From contig CALJTT010000010.1 in assembly GCA_937975855.1 (NCBI GenBank), forward strand, positions 1 to 55,024: a DNA stretch of 55,024 nt. Direction: 5' to 3'. The stretch is from Minisyncoccota bacterium (GTDB taxonomy: Bacteria; Patescibacteriota; Minisyncoccia; Phycocordibacterales; UBA918). A program made the translations under genes and the position numbers. Below are positions 1 through 8,224 of the stretch, piece after piece. Every line of letters begins with the position of its first letter. The first letter of the stretch is position 1. Under the pieces are notes generated by a model. The model searched no databases and was not told the DNA's origin. It saw only the letters and a list, made by a program, of their open reading frames with translations.

Positions 1-30
1 AATGCTCAATATGCTGAGCTGATTCTCACT

Positions 31-106
31 TGGGGCGACTACCGGGAATCGAACCCGAACTGCCGGTACCACAAACCGGTGCACTAACCGTTATACTATA
101 GTCGCC
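31..106 (-). tRNA. tRNA-His (anticodon GTG) with encoded G-1 and 3' CCA
   Basis: The reverse complement folds as a cloverleaf. Acceptor stem GCGACTA/TAGTCGC, with an extra 5' G opposite C73. D-stem GTAT/GTGC with a GG-containing loop. Anticodon stem CCGGT/ACCGG with loop TTGTGGT. T-arm TCGGG-TTCGATT-CCCGG. The sequence ends CCCA. Confidence 0.9.
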
Positions 107-431
107 ATGTTTCCCGTTCCCATTGAGGACTCAAGCGGCTGTGTCTCTAGCATGAGAGGTCAGTCCGCCATTGTTGGGATGCGCATAGTTATACCTATTT
201 TTATACAAAAAGTCGAGCCGATAAATTCATATCGTATATACTATTATTTATGAATAACAATTCTATGTTAGTGGCCCTATTCTTTACCTTGCTACTGGGG
301 GCGGGAGTTGGTTTTTACCTGGCCAGAATCATTTTTTGACAAATATTTTTTCTGTTGATTAGTGTAGTTTTAAGTTACAAAAGGGTATATACTAGCGTCT
401 GAATTGTTATCAGAATAATCAAAATATTTAT

Positions 432-791
432 ATGTTACAAGAATTCAAAGATTTCGCGATGAAGGGCAACGTAGTTGACCTAGCAGTTGCAGTTGTTATT
501 GGTGCAGCGTTTGGGAAAATCGTTTCTTCACTCGTTGACAACCTAATTACACCACTGGTTGGAATCCTTATGGGTGGAGTAGATTTTTCAAACCTAGCAT
601 ACACGTCAGGTGAAGCAGTATTTACTTACGGTGCCTTCATTCAGTCAATCATCGACTTTGTTATCGTTGCGTTCGTTATCTTCATGGTTGTGAAGGGAAT
701 CAACAAAGCACAGGGTCCTAAAGAGGAAGAAGAAGCAGGTCCATCTGAAGTTGATCTTCTTACAGAGATCCGCGACAGCCTGAAGCGATAA
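432..791 (+). CDS. mscL: Large-conductance mechanosensitive channel MscL
   Basis: 119 aa. The N-terminus [31 protein letters not shown] is the canonical MscL TM1 signature. There is a second TM helix and a charged C-terminal helix. Confidence 0.9.
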   Translation: MLQEFKDFAMKGNVVDLAVAVVIGAAFGKIVSSLVDNLITPLVGILMGGVDFSNLAYTSGEAVFTYGAFIQSIIDFVIVAFVIFMVVKGINKAQGPKEEEEAGPSEVDLLTEIRDSLKR

Positions 792-816
792 GTTTGTTTC
801 AGTATTTTTTGAAGAC

Positions 817-843
817 AAAAAGCACCCGAAAGGGTGCTTTTTG
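817..843 (+). terminator. Rho-independent terminator after mscL
   Basis: Stem AGCACCC / GGGTGCT with GAAA loop, followed by a T-run. Confidence 0.7.
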
Positions 844-1223
844 TTTGTTTACTAGATTAGAAAATAGTTTTGACCAGACGCAAAACTCATTTCGTGGCCG
901 AGTAGTTTTGGGGACTTATCCACATAGTCACATGTAATCTGCTTATTTTGGCAAAAATACAGGATCCTAAAAATGCTAGTATGGGTTAACCACACGAGAC
1001 ACACACGTCCTCGTGTGTGTCGGAGGTAGGCACACTCTCTTGCGGTTGTTATCGTGAACTAGGTTCGCGTGTGCTTTGTAGTTCTCATTGGAGTTAGACG
1101 GTAGCGTAGTTTGCCAACCAGCAAGCTTTTTCTTCCCCGATACCGTTTCATTCGAATGAAACCCGACGTAGAGATAGACAGATACAGATTACTAATTTCA
1201 CCCACCACAAAAAATAAGAAGTT

Positions 1224-1559
1224 ATGAAAATCACCCACATTCGCAAGCGAGACGGCTCAACCCAGCCATACGATCACGAGAAAATCGTCAACGCTATTGC
1301 TCGGGCACTAGCAGAAACTGGAGAAGGAAACCGTGAAGATGCAACAATAGTTGCTGAAATCGCAGAACACAAAATCGTCGCATTTTGTGTTCAGGCTGGT
1401 ACAGCTGAGGAAGGGAGTGCAATACATGGTAAGTGTATTGATGGTCATCCGGCAGTGGAAGAAATTCAAGACGTAGTGGAGCAAGCTTTGATGGAGAAGG
1501 ATTTCTTTGTCACAGCCAAGACGTACATTATCTATCGTAATGAACGGAAGAAGTTGCGC
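1224..1559 (+). other. ATP-cone domain region of nrdB
   Basis: It starts with the K-R-D-G-x-x-x-x-(F/Y)-x-x-x-K-I pattern typical of ATP-cones and ends with the Y-x-x-Y-R helix. A ~25-residue insertion (VAFCVQAGTAEEGSAIHGKCIDGH) lies inside the domain. Confidence 0.75.
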
Positions 1560-2537
1560 GAGAAAGATGTTTTTTCAAAACGAGTAGAGCTAAAGCCGTA
1601 CGAGTATCCAGAGCTATACGAATATGTAGATGCAATTCGTCACTCATATTGGGTGCACACAGAATTCAACTTCACCGGAGACATGCAGGACTTCCATGTG
1701 AATATCACTGAATCCGAACGTAACGCAATCAAGCGCACAATGCTCGCAATTGCTCAGATCGAAGTAGCGGTAAAAAGTTTCTGGGGCAAGATCGGTGACA
1801 AGCTGCCAAAGCCAGAGATTGCTGCTGTTGGAGCAACTTTCGCAGAGAGTGAGGTGCGCCACACCGACGCGTACGCTCACCTGCTCGAGATTCTCGGCCT
1901 AAACGATGAATTTTCAAATATAAAAAACATTCCAGTAATCCAGGAGCGAATGGATTACCTCGGGAAGGTATCACAACTCGCGCAAGGAAAAGAGGACCGA
2001 GAGTATGTTCACGCGATCATGCTGTTCTCACTGTTTGTAGAGCACGTTTCATTGTTCTCGCAGTTCCTCATTATGATGAGCTTCAACAAACACAAGAATG
2101 TGTTCAAAGGCATTTCAAATGCTGTAGAAGCAACCAGTAAAGAAGAGAACCTTCACGGCATGTTTGGAATTGATGTGATCAACATCATTCAACAAGAGCA
2201 CCCAGAATGGTTCGACGCAGAATGTGAATCTGCGATCATTACTGCTTGCGAGGAAGCTTATACTGCAGAAGCAAAGATCATTGACTGGATTTTCGAAGCA
2301 GGAGAATTAGACTTCTTGCCAGCTGCAAACATCAAAGAGTTCATCAAGCACCGATTCAACAACTCGCTCGCTGCGATCAACATGCCACGTCACTTTGATG
2401 TCAGCGACGCCTTGCTTGAAGAGACTGACTGGTTTGATAACGAAGTTATTGCTACGAAGCACGTCGACTTCTTTGACAAGCGGTCAATCAATTACAACAA
2501 GCGTTCGTCTAGTGTGACTAGTGACGATCTATTCTAA
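1224..2537 (+). CDS. nrdB: Class I ribonucleotide reductase beta (radical-generating) subunit with N-terminal ATP-cone
   Basis: 437 aa. Residues 1 to ~112 form an ATP-cone (IRKRDGSTQPYDHEKIVNAI ... TYIIYRNERKKLRE). The rest is a ferritin-like R2 core: first metal ligand Glu (AQIEVAV), an ExxH (ESEVRH) with Tyr at H+4 (HTDAY), and a second ExxH (EENLH). Confidence 0.9.
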   Translation: MKITHIRKRDGSTQPYDHEKIVNAIARALAETGEGNREDATIVAEIAEHKIVAFCVQAGTAEEGSAIHGKCIDGHPAVEEIQDVVEQALMEKDFFVTAKTYIIYRNERKKLREKDVFSKRVELKPYEYPELYEYVDAIRHSYWVHTEFNFTGDMQDFHVNITESERNAIKRTMLAIAQIEVAVKSFWGKIGDKLPKPEIAAVGATFAESEVRHTDAYAHLLEILGLNDEFSNIKNIPVIQERMDYLGKVSQLAQGKEDREYVHAIMLFSLFVEHVSLFSQFLIMMSFNKHKNVFKGISNAVEATSKEENLHGMFGIDVINIIQQEHPEWFDAECESAIITACEEAYTAEAKIIDWIFEAGELDFLPAANIKEFIKHRFNNSLAAINMPRHFDVSDALLEETDWFDNEVIATKHVDFFDKRSINYNKRSSSVTSDDLF

Positions 2538-2614
2538 ATCGTCTACAATACAAACACGACACATCATTTACATTTGGAAGCAGTCGCGCTTAGAAACTAA
2601 CTGGAAGATACAAA

Positions 2615-4309
2615 ATGAACAAAGAACCTTGGTACTGGGTTAACGAAAATACACGAGCGTTTATGGCTCGTGGTTATCTGGTGGATGATCAGACTACCGA
2701 AGAGCGCGTTCGAGCCATTGGAGAATTTGCTGAGAAAACTCTCGGAAAAGAAGGTTTTGCAGACAAATTCGAAGACTATATGTCCAAAGGTTGGGTTAGT
2801 CTCGCTACACCAGTCTGGGCAAACTTTGGTCTTGAGCGCGGACTGCCGATTAGTTGCTTTGGTTCATACGTCTCAGACGATATGGCCAATATTTTGCATA
2901 CTCAAGCAGAGGTCGGCATGATGAGTAAGTATGGAGGCGGTTGTAGTGCTTACTTCGGTGATTTGCGCGGCCGAGGAACAGAGATTCTAAACAACGGCTA
3001 TTCGTCTGGGCCAGTGCACTTTATGCAGCTGTTCGAGAAGATTCTTGACGTGATCAGTCAGGGTGCTACAAGACGTGGTGTCTTCGCGGCCTATTTGCCA
3101 GTAGAGCATCCAGACATTCTAGAGCATCTCGATATCGGTACAGAAGGTAACCCAATTCAGAAAATCCAAAATGCCGTCACAGTAGGAGACGAGTGGATGC
3201 AGTCAATGATCGATGGAGACGAGGACAAGCGCAAGATCTGGGCTAAGATCATCCAGCGACGTGGTGAGATCGGCTACCCTTACATTATCTTTAGCGACAA
3301 TGCCAACAACGCCAAGCCACAGGTCTACAAAGACAAAAACTTGCCGATCTACGCCAGTAACGTTTGTAGCGAGATCATGTTGCCGTCGAGTAAAGACTGG
3401 TCTTTCGTTTGCTGTCTTTCTTCTCTAAATGTTCGTCACTACGATGAATGGAAAGACACTGACTTGGTTGAGACTATGACTTGGTTCCTAGAGGCTGTGA
3501 TGACCAACTTCATCGACAAGCTAGAGGCGATGCGCGATGGTGACAACGAAGACAAGCGTCTTGCATTCAAGTTTATGGAACGCCCGTACAATTTTGCTAA
3601 GGCAAACCGCGCGTTGGGTCTTGGCGCGTTGGGGTATCATTCGTATCTGCAAAGCAAAGGTCTGCCATTTACGAGTACTAAAGCTAAAGCACTCAATAAA
3701 GAAATTTTCAAAACAATCCAAGCTCGGTCTTTTGCAGCCAGTGCTGAGATGGCCAAGGAACTGGGAGAGCCAGAAATCCTCAAAGGCTATGGACGAAGAC
3801 ACACGACAACAATGGCCATTGCTCCAAACACGTCTTCTGGGTTTATTCTTGGACAAGTGTCGCAGGGTATCGAACCGATCTGGAGTAACTGTTACATTAA
3901 AGACGTAGCGAAGTTGAAGGTGGTGATCAAGAACCCACTTCTTGAAGAGCTGCTTGAAGAGAAAGGTAAGAACGACAAAGTTACCTGGGACAGTATTCGT
4001 GACAATGATGGGTCGGTGCAGCATCTCGATATTCTATCTGACGAAGAGAAAGACGTTTTCCGAACATTTGCCGAAATTGACCAGAATATACTGATTGAAC
4101 ATGCTGGAGACCGACAGAAATTCATCGACCAGGGTCAGTCACTGAATGTGATGGTGCCACCAGACGTCCCACCAAAAGAAATCAACCAGCTATACATCGA
4201 AGCTTGGAAGGGGGGTTGTAAAGCGCTCTACTACCAGCACAGCATGAACGCAGCCCAGCAGATGGTGCGCAAGAAGTTGGCTGAGAAGGAAGCCAAGAGC
4301 AAAAAATAA
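2615..4309 (+). CDS. nrdA: Class I ribonucleotide reductase alpha subunit, short form without ATP-cone
   Basis: 564 aa. Contains PISCFGS (equivalent of Cys225), SNVCSEIMLP (the N-C-E catalytic motif) and ALYYQH (radical-transfer Tyr pair). The protein starts directly with the core fold. The C-terminal tail after YY contains no Cys. Confidence 0.92.
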   Translation: MNKEPWYWVNENTRAFMARGYLVDDQTTEERVRAIGEFAEKTLGKEGFADKFEDYMSKGWVSLATPVWANFGLERGLPISCFGSYVSDDMANILHTQAEVGMMSKYGGGCSAYFGDLRGRGTEILNNGYSSGPVHFMQLFEKILDVISQGATRRGVFAAYLPVEHPDILEHLDIGTEGNPIQKIQNAVTVGDEWMQSMIDGDEDKRKIWAKIIQRRGEIGYPYIIFSDNANNAKPQVYKDKNLPIYASNVCSEIMLPSSKDWSFVCCLSSLNVRHYDEWKDTDLVETMTWFLEAVMTNFIDKLEAMRDGDNEDKRLAFKFMERPYNFAKANRALGLGALGYHSYLQSKGLPFTSTKAKALNKEIFKTIQARSFAASAEMAKELGEPEILKGYGRRHTTTMAIAPNTSSGFILGQVSQGIEPIWSNCYIKDVAKLKVVIKNPLLEELLEEKGKNDKVTWDSIRDNDGSVQHLDILSDEEKDVFRTFAEIDQNILIEHAGDRQKFIDQGQSLNVMVPPDVPPKEINQLYIEAWKGGCKALYYQHSMNAAQQMVRKKLAEKEAKSKK

Positions 4310-4313
4310 GAAT

Positions 4314-4343
4314 AAAAAAGCGACCGTAATGGTCGCTTTTTTA
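4314..4343 (+). terminator. Rho-independent terminator after nrdA
   Basis: GCGACC-gtaat-GGTCGC hairpin flanked by an A-run and a T-run. Confidence 0.75.
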
Positions 4344-4544
4344 TTTCACATGTTGACATCTTCTTCAAAAAAGACAACTTCACGGTATAGTATATGTGTA
4401 AGAGATTTCTCTTACGAACATGTTTCTATTTCCTTATCTTCGGGTAAGGACCTCGGCGTCTTGCCGGGATTGCGTGTCGCGACCACGTAGTCCCCGCTAG
4501 GCGCCGTTGTGTTTTTAGGTGTTTTGTGATTACCTATAGGTCTT

Positions 4545-5483
4545 ATGAGGTTTACATATTTTCTCGCCCTAGTGTTCGCACTAGCGATCGGAGGCATACA
4601 TTGGTATCAAAAGGATTCTTATATATGTGCTGCGCCGGTAGAATATCGACTAGGCGCAATCGATCCTTCTTTCTCGCTTGAGCGTGAGGACGCGCTGAGT
4701 GCCATGAAAATGGCTACCAATATTTGGGACAAGGCCGGCGGAGCGGCTCCACATTTTGTATACGACGAAGAAGCAGACCTGGTAGTACAGTTTGTGTTTG
4801 ATGAACGCCAGGCAACAGCCAACGCCCAAGAGGTAGACCAGACGGACCTAGACGAGGCACGAAACGAAAACAACCTCATTAGAGAAACCATCGCCGGTCT
4901 GCAAACAAGATACGAAGAAATGCAGGAAGATTTTAATTCACGTAAGAGCATCTACGATCGCTCGCTCGCTAGCTATAACGAAGCAGTGAGACAGGTTAAT
5001 GACCGAGGTGGCGCTGGCTCTACAGAATTTGACTCACTTAACGCAACTCAACTTGAACTAGAGTCAGAATCAAGCGACTTGCGAAAACTGGCTGACGACT
5101 TGGGTAGTGTTGCTTCGCAACTCAATCAGCTTAGCGCTGAGGGCAATCGCCTCATAAACTCATACAACCAGGACGTAAACACCTATAACAATCGTTATGG
5201 CTACGAAGAAGAATTTGTTCAAGGTGTTTACACTGGCGACGAGATCAGCATTTTTAAATTCTCAACCGAAGCAGAGCTGGTGTCTGTCCTAGCGCATGAG
5301 TTTGGGCACGCCCTAGGGATCGACCACGTTGAGGAAGAGGGCTCTCTCATGCATTACCTTCTGGCAGAAGGATTGGAGTCGGTGATACCGTTGTCAGACG
5401 CGGATAGGGAAGCGCTTGAAAACACTTGTCAGGTGGACACGTGGCAATTCAAGGTTCGACAAATGATCCGCTCGAAGTTTTGA
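4545..5483 (+). CDS. Membrane-anchored metzincin-type zinc metalloprotease
   Basis: 312 aa. N-terminal hydrophobic anchor (FTYFLALVFALAIGGI), a long polar coiled-coil-like middle region, and a C-terminal HEFGHALGIDH (HExxHxxGxxH) followed by SLMHY (Met-turn candidate). Confidence 0.75.
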   Translation: MRFTYFLALVFALAIGGIHWYQKDSYICAAPVEYRLGAIDPSFSLEREDALSAMKMATNIWDKAGGAAPHFVYDEEADLVVQFVFDERQATANAQEVDQTDLDEARNENNLIRETIAGLQTRYEEMQEDFNSRKSIYDRSLASYNEAVRQVNDRGGAGSTEFDSLNATQLELESESSDLRKLADDLGSVASQLNQLSAEGNRLINSYNQDVNTYNNRYGYEEEFVQGVYTGDEISIFKFSTEAELVSVLAHEFGHALGIDHVEEEGSLMHYLLAEGLESVIPLSDADREALENTCQVDTWQFKVRQMIRSKF

Positions 5484-5507
5484 CATTTGACCCGTCTAGG
5501 GTATACT
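5480..5507 (+). promoter_or_regulatory. Sigma-70-type promoter for secE-nusG (TTGACA-16-TATACT)
   Basis: TTGACA at 5480-5485 overlaps the stop codon of the protease gene. TATACT lies at 5502-5507, a 16-nt spacer. Confidence 0.5.
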
Positions 5508-5522
5508 TACCGCAATAAAGAA

Positions 5523-5545
5523 ATCGCCCTTTGGGCGGTTTTTTA
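5523..5545 (+). terminator. Hairpin plus T-run between the secE promoter and the secE start codon (terminator/attenuator)
   Basis: ATCGCCC-ttt-GGGCGGT followed by TTTTTT. It lies downstream of the predicted -10 box and 27 nt upstream of the secE ATG. Confidence 0.55.
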
Positions 5546-5571
5546 AAACCAAACATAATTTATTTATTCCT

Positions 5572-5760
5572 ATGGACGCATTCGCAAACTACATCAAAGC
5601 CACTGCTGCAGAAATGAAGCAGGTTAAATGGCCAACCAGCCAAACGGCAGCATTTTATACTTTGCTGGTTTTGGTGCTTTCAGGACTAACTGCAATGTAC
5701 GCCGGTGCATTCGACTACATCTTCGCGCAGCTTATCAACTTTGTGGTAACAAACTACTAG
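5572..5760 (+). CDS. secE: Preprotein translocase subunit SecE
   Basis: 62 aa with a single C-terminal TM helix. The KQVKWPT motif is typical of SecE (E-x-x-K-V-x-W-P). It sits immediately upstream of nusG with a 1-nt spacer. Confidence 0.85.
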   Translation: MDAFANYIKATAAEMKQVKWPTSQTAAFYTLLVLVLSGLTAMYAGAFDYIFAQLINFVVTNY

Positions 5761-5761
5761 T

Positions 5762-6307
5762 ATGGCCAAACAACACGGAGACGGCGAACGTCACTGGTAC
5801 GCAATTCACACCTACAGTGGATACGAAAATGCAGTAACGCGTAACCTAAAACAACGAATCGACTCGCTCAACATGAACGACTCAATTTTCAATGTTGTTG
5901 TACCAACTGAAAAAAAGATACGCGTAAAGGGAGGCAAGCGAGTAACCGAAGAAGAAAAAATTTACCCTGGATACGTCCTAGTAGAAATGATCGTAAACGA
6001 CGAGTCGTGGTTCGTAGTTCGAAACACTCCGCGTGTAACTGGTTTTGTTGGAAGTGGTACGCAGCCAGTGCCGCTAACTGAGGGCGAGTACAACGCACTG
6101 ATGAAGCAGATGACAGACGACTCTCCAAAACACACAGTTGACCTTGAGCCAGGCGATATCGTAACCATTGCAGACGGACCATTCAAAGAGATGGAAGGAA
6201 AGGTTGGCGAAGTGGACGAAGCGTCAGGTAAGGTAAAAGTCATGGTCAGCATGTTCGGCCGCGAGACTCCAGTGGAATTAGATTTTCTGCAGATTAAGAA
6301 GGCTTAG
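5762..6307 (+). CDS. nusG: Transcription termination/antitermination factor NusG
   Basis: 181 aa. NGN domain (WYAIHTYSGYENAV ... PGYVLVEM) and C-terminal KOW domain (GDIVTIADGPFKEMEGKVGEVD ... VMVSMFGRETPVELDF). Confidence 0.93.
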   Translation: MAKQHGDGERHWYAIHTYSGYENAVTRNLKQRIDSLNMNDSIFNVVVPTEKKIRVKGGKRVTEEEKIYPGYVLVEMIVNDESWFVVRNTPRVTGFVGSGTQPVPLTEGEYNALMKQMTDDSPKHTVDLEPGDIVTIADGPFKEMEGKVGEVDEASGKVKVMVSMFGRETPVELDFLQIKKA

Positions 6308-6313
6308 ATAAAT

Positions 6314-6348
6314 GAAAACGCCCCACCGAAAGCCAGTAGGGCGTTTTC
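6314..6348. terminator. Bidirectional hairpin between convergent nusG and gmk
   Basis: AACGCCC ... GGGCGTT stem flanked by an A-run and a T-run. Confidence 0.55.
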
Positions 6349-6360
6349 GGTAGGGCGCGG

Positions 6361-6927
6361 TTACGAAATGAGACGAAGCACTCTAGCCAGTGTCTCTTCC
6401 GGAGTACCAACTGGTATCCAGTTAAGGTTCTTGATTGTTCTGGCAGCATGTTCAGACTCGTATGAGGCAGTAATTCGCCGTTCGATTTCTTCTGGATCGT
6501 CGCCACGCTCATACATCCGCCGACGCAGTTCGTCGTCTCCCGGGCTTTCGAGGTAGATAGGAATAATCTTTACTCCTCGAGGGCTGAACTCACGCTGCAA
6601 GATGTCGTGCTGACCTTCAGTGGTTGTGATGTTAACAAAAGCAAAACCTTCTGCTTGGTCCAGAACTCGGTTCACTTCAGTTTTGGTAAGACCATAGTGA
6701 TGAGTTCCAAATAAACACACGTCCCACAGTAAGTCATCACATTGACCCATTTCCTCCATCGTGAGGAAGTAATAGGCGTTGTCTGGCTCACCGTTACGCT
6801 GATCACGTGTGGTGATGGTGATGAGTCTGCTTTGTGGAAAAAGTTTGAGCAGAGCAAGTTCAAGAATCGTCTTACCACCACCGGAAGGGCCGGAGATGAT
6901 GAGCAGTTTAGACTGTTCGATCGTCAT
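6361..6927 (-). CDS. gmk: Guanylate kinase-like P-loop nucleoside monophosphate kinase
   Basis: 188 aa. P-loop ISGPSGGGKT, and TTRDQRNGEPDNAYYF matching the Gmk motif TTRxxRxGExxGxxYxF. A GGAGA Shine-Dalgarno lies ~11 nt upstream. Confidence 0.72.
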   Translation of the reverse strand: MTIEQSKLLIISGPSGGGKTILELALLKLFPQSRLITITTRDQRNGEPDNAYYFLTMEEMGQCDDLLWDVCLFGTHHYGLTKTEVNRVLDQAEGFAFVNITTTEGQHDILQREFSPRGVKIIPIYLESPGDDELRRRMYERGDDPEEIERRITASYESEHAARTIKNLNWIPVGTPEETLARVLRLIS

Positions 6928-7027
6928 TGGACGTCTCCGTGCGCTGAAGGGGTTCTTTGATTATTATGCAGTTTTTTAGTAAAAAGTCAATAGATTACCT
7001 ATTTTTTATGTTTGTTAGAATCTCTTT

Positions 7028-7609
7028 ATGAAAATACAACGTCCTCCATCTTCACAACCACTACCAGACCACGCCGAGTGCGTGTTCAAAGGGCAGATTT
7101 TTGATGTGTATCAGTGGCAGCAGGAAATGTATGATGGTTCGACTGCGACTTTTGAAAAGTTGAAGCGGGCTGACACGGTGATTGTTTTTCCGGTGCTAGA
7201 TAATGGAAACATTCTGCTTACCAAACAAGAGCAGCCAGGCAAACGTCCGTTCATTGGAGCTCCAGGTGGGCGAGTAGACCCTGGGGAAGAAGTGTTCGAG
7301 GCAGCCAAACGCGAGCTGCTAGAGGAAACAGGTTGTGTGGCTGATGAGTTCGAGCTTTATAATTCAACCCAGCCAGTAAGTAAAATCGAGTGGGCAGTCT
7401 ATGTATTTATTGCCAAAGGAGTAAAGAAGGTGGCAGATCTCAACCTAGATCCAGGAGAGAAGATTGAACTCGTTGAGTACTCGTTCAAAGAATTTCTAAA
7501 GGTCGCGTGCGGGCCGGATTTCGACGGTAAAGAAATCGTCCGCGATGTACTTGAAGCTAAAATGGACGAGGACAAAATGAAAGAATTGAAGCTGAAGTTT
7601 TCACAATAA
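7028..7609 (+). CDS. NUDIX hydrolase (ADP-ribose pyrophosphatase-like)
   Basis: 193 aa with an intact NUDIX box: GAPGGRVDPGEEVFEAAKRELLEETG. Confidence 0.85.
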   Translation: MKIQRPPSSQPLPDHAECVFKGQIFDVYQWQQEMYDGSTATFEKLKRADTVIVFPVLDNGNILLTKQEQPGKRPFIGAPGGRVDPGEEVFEAAKRELLEETGCVADEFELYNSTQPVSKIEWAVYVFIAKGVKKVADLNLDPGEKIELVEYSFKEFLKVACGPDFDGKEIVRDVLEAKMDEDKMKELKLKFSQ

Positions 7610-7611
7610 CC

Positions 7612-7640
7612 TTGCTAAATAAGAATTGTTTTTGTATAGT
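7612..7640 (+). promoter_or_regulatory. Promoter for rplK (TTGCTA-17-TATAGT)
   Basis: -35 at 7612-7617 and -10 at 7635-7640, leaving a ~60-nt leader before the rplK ATG. Confidence 0.5.
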
Positions 7641-7704
7641 ACGCGGGCTTCTGGGTGGTAACTTATGGACGGTTATTGCTCGCACAACCTAATTTCTAAT
7701 AAAC

Positions 7705-8130
7705 ATGGCAAAGCAACTAATAAAACAAGTAAAAGTACAGGCTCCGGCCGGTAAAGCAACTCCAGCACCACCACTTGGACCGGTTCTTGGTGCAGCGGGT
7801 ATTAACATCGGTGAGTTCGTAAATCAGTTCAACGACCAGACACGAGACCGAATGGGCGACATCGTTCCAACCGTGATCAACGTTTACGATGACCGAAGTT
7901 TTGACTTTGTTACCAAGGTATCTCCAATGTCTCGTTTGATTCTCAAAAAGATCGGCAAGCCAAAAGGATCAGGAAAAAACTTGGTTTCTAAGGGAGGTGA
8001 AATTACCAAAGCACAAGTTCGAGAAGTAGCTGAAGAAAAAATGCCTGACTTAAACGCCGGAAGTGTAGAAGCAGCTATGAAAATTGTAGAAGGAAGCTGC
8101 TACTCAATGGGAGTGAAGGTGGTTGACTAG
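7705..8130 (+). CDS. rplK: 50S ribosomal protein L11
   Basis: 141 aa. KVQAPAGKATPAPPLGPVLGAAGINIGEFVNQFN is the L11 N-terminal signature. Confidence 0.95.
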   Translation: MAKQLIKQVKVQAPAGKATPAPPLGPVLGAAGINIGEFVNQFNDQTRDRMGDIVPTVINVYDDRSFDFVTKVSPMSRLILKKIGKPKGSGKNLVSKGGEITKAQVREVAEEKMPDLNAGSVEAAMKIVEGSCYSMGVKVVD

Positions 8131-8146
8131 TCGAAGTAAGTTACAA

Positions 8147-8179
8147 GCAGCCTGGGTCTTTTGACTCCAGGCTGTTTTG
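8147..8179 (+). terminator. Rho-independent terminator directly after rplK
   Basis: CAGCCTGGGTC-tttt-GACtCCAGGCTG followed by TTTT. Confidence 0.7.
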
Positions 8180-8224
8180 CTGTAGTATGTTCGTCGACTC
8201 GATCTTTTAATATGGGGAAATACA

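Noticed and set aside
1-30. Possible start of a second tRNA on the minus strand downstream of tRNA-His (D-arm-like GCTC-AGCATATT-GAGC).
   Set aside because: The sequence is truncated by the window edge. The D-loop lacks the GG pair, position 8 would be C, and the acceptor stem would start with T. The evidence is insufficient.
250-339. 29-aa hydrophobic mini-ORF (MNNNSMLVALFFTLLLGAGVGFYLARIIF). A similar 34-aa mini-ORF lies at 49338-49442 (MFNKTFFKFLFSFVLVIATVLMIILALGIVSGVQ).
   Set aside because: Both could be real small membrane peptides, but length, absence of an RBS and absence of comparative data give no support. They are not reported as features.
4398-4517. Possible SRP (4.5S) RNA, because of a GCCGGGAT match and the hairpin content.
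   Set aside because: The conserved domain IV features (GGAA tetraloop with flanking AGG/AGCA symmetric loop) are not present on either strand.
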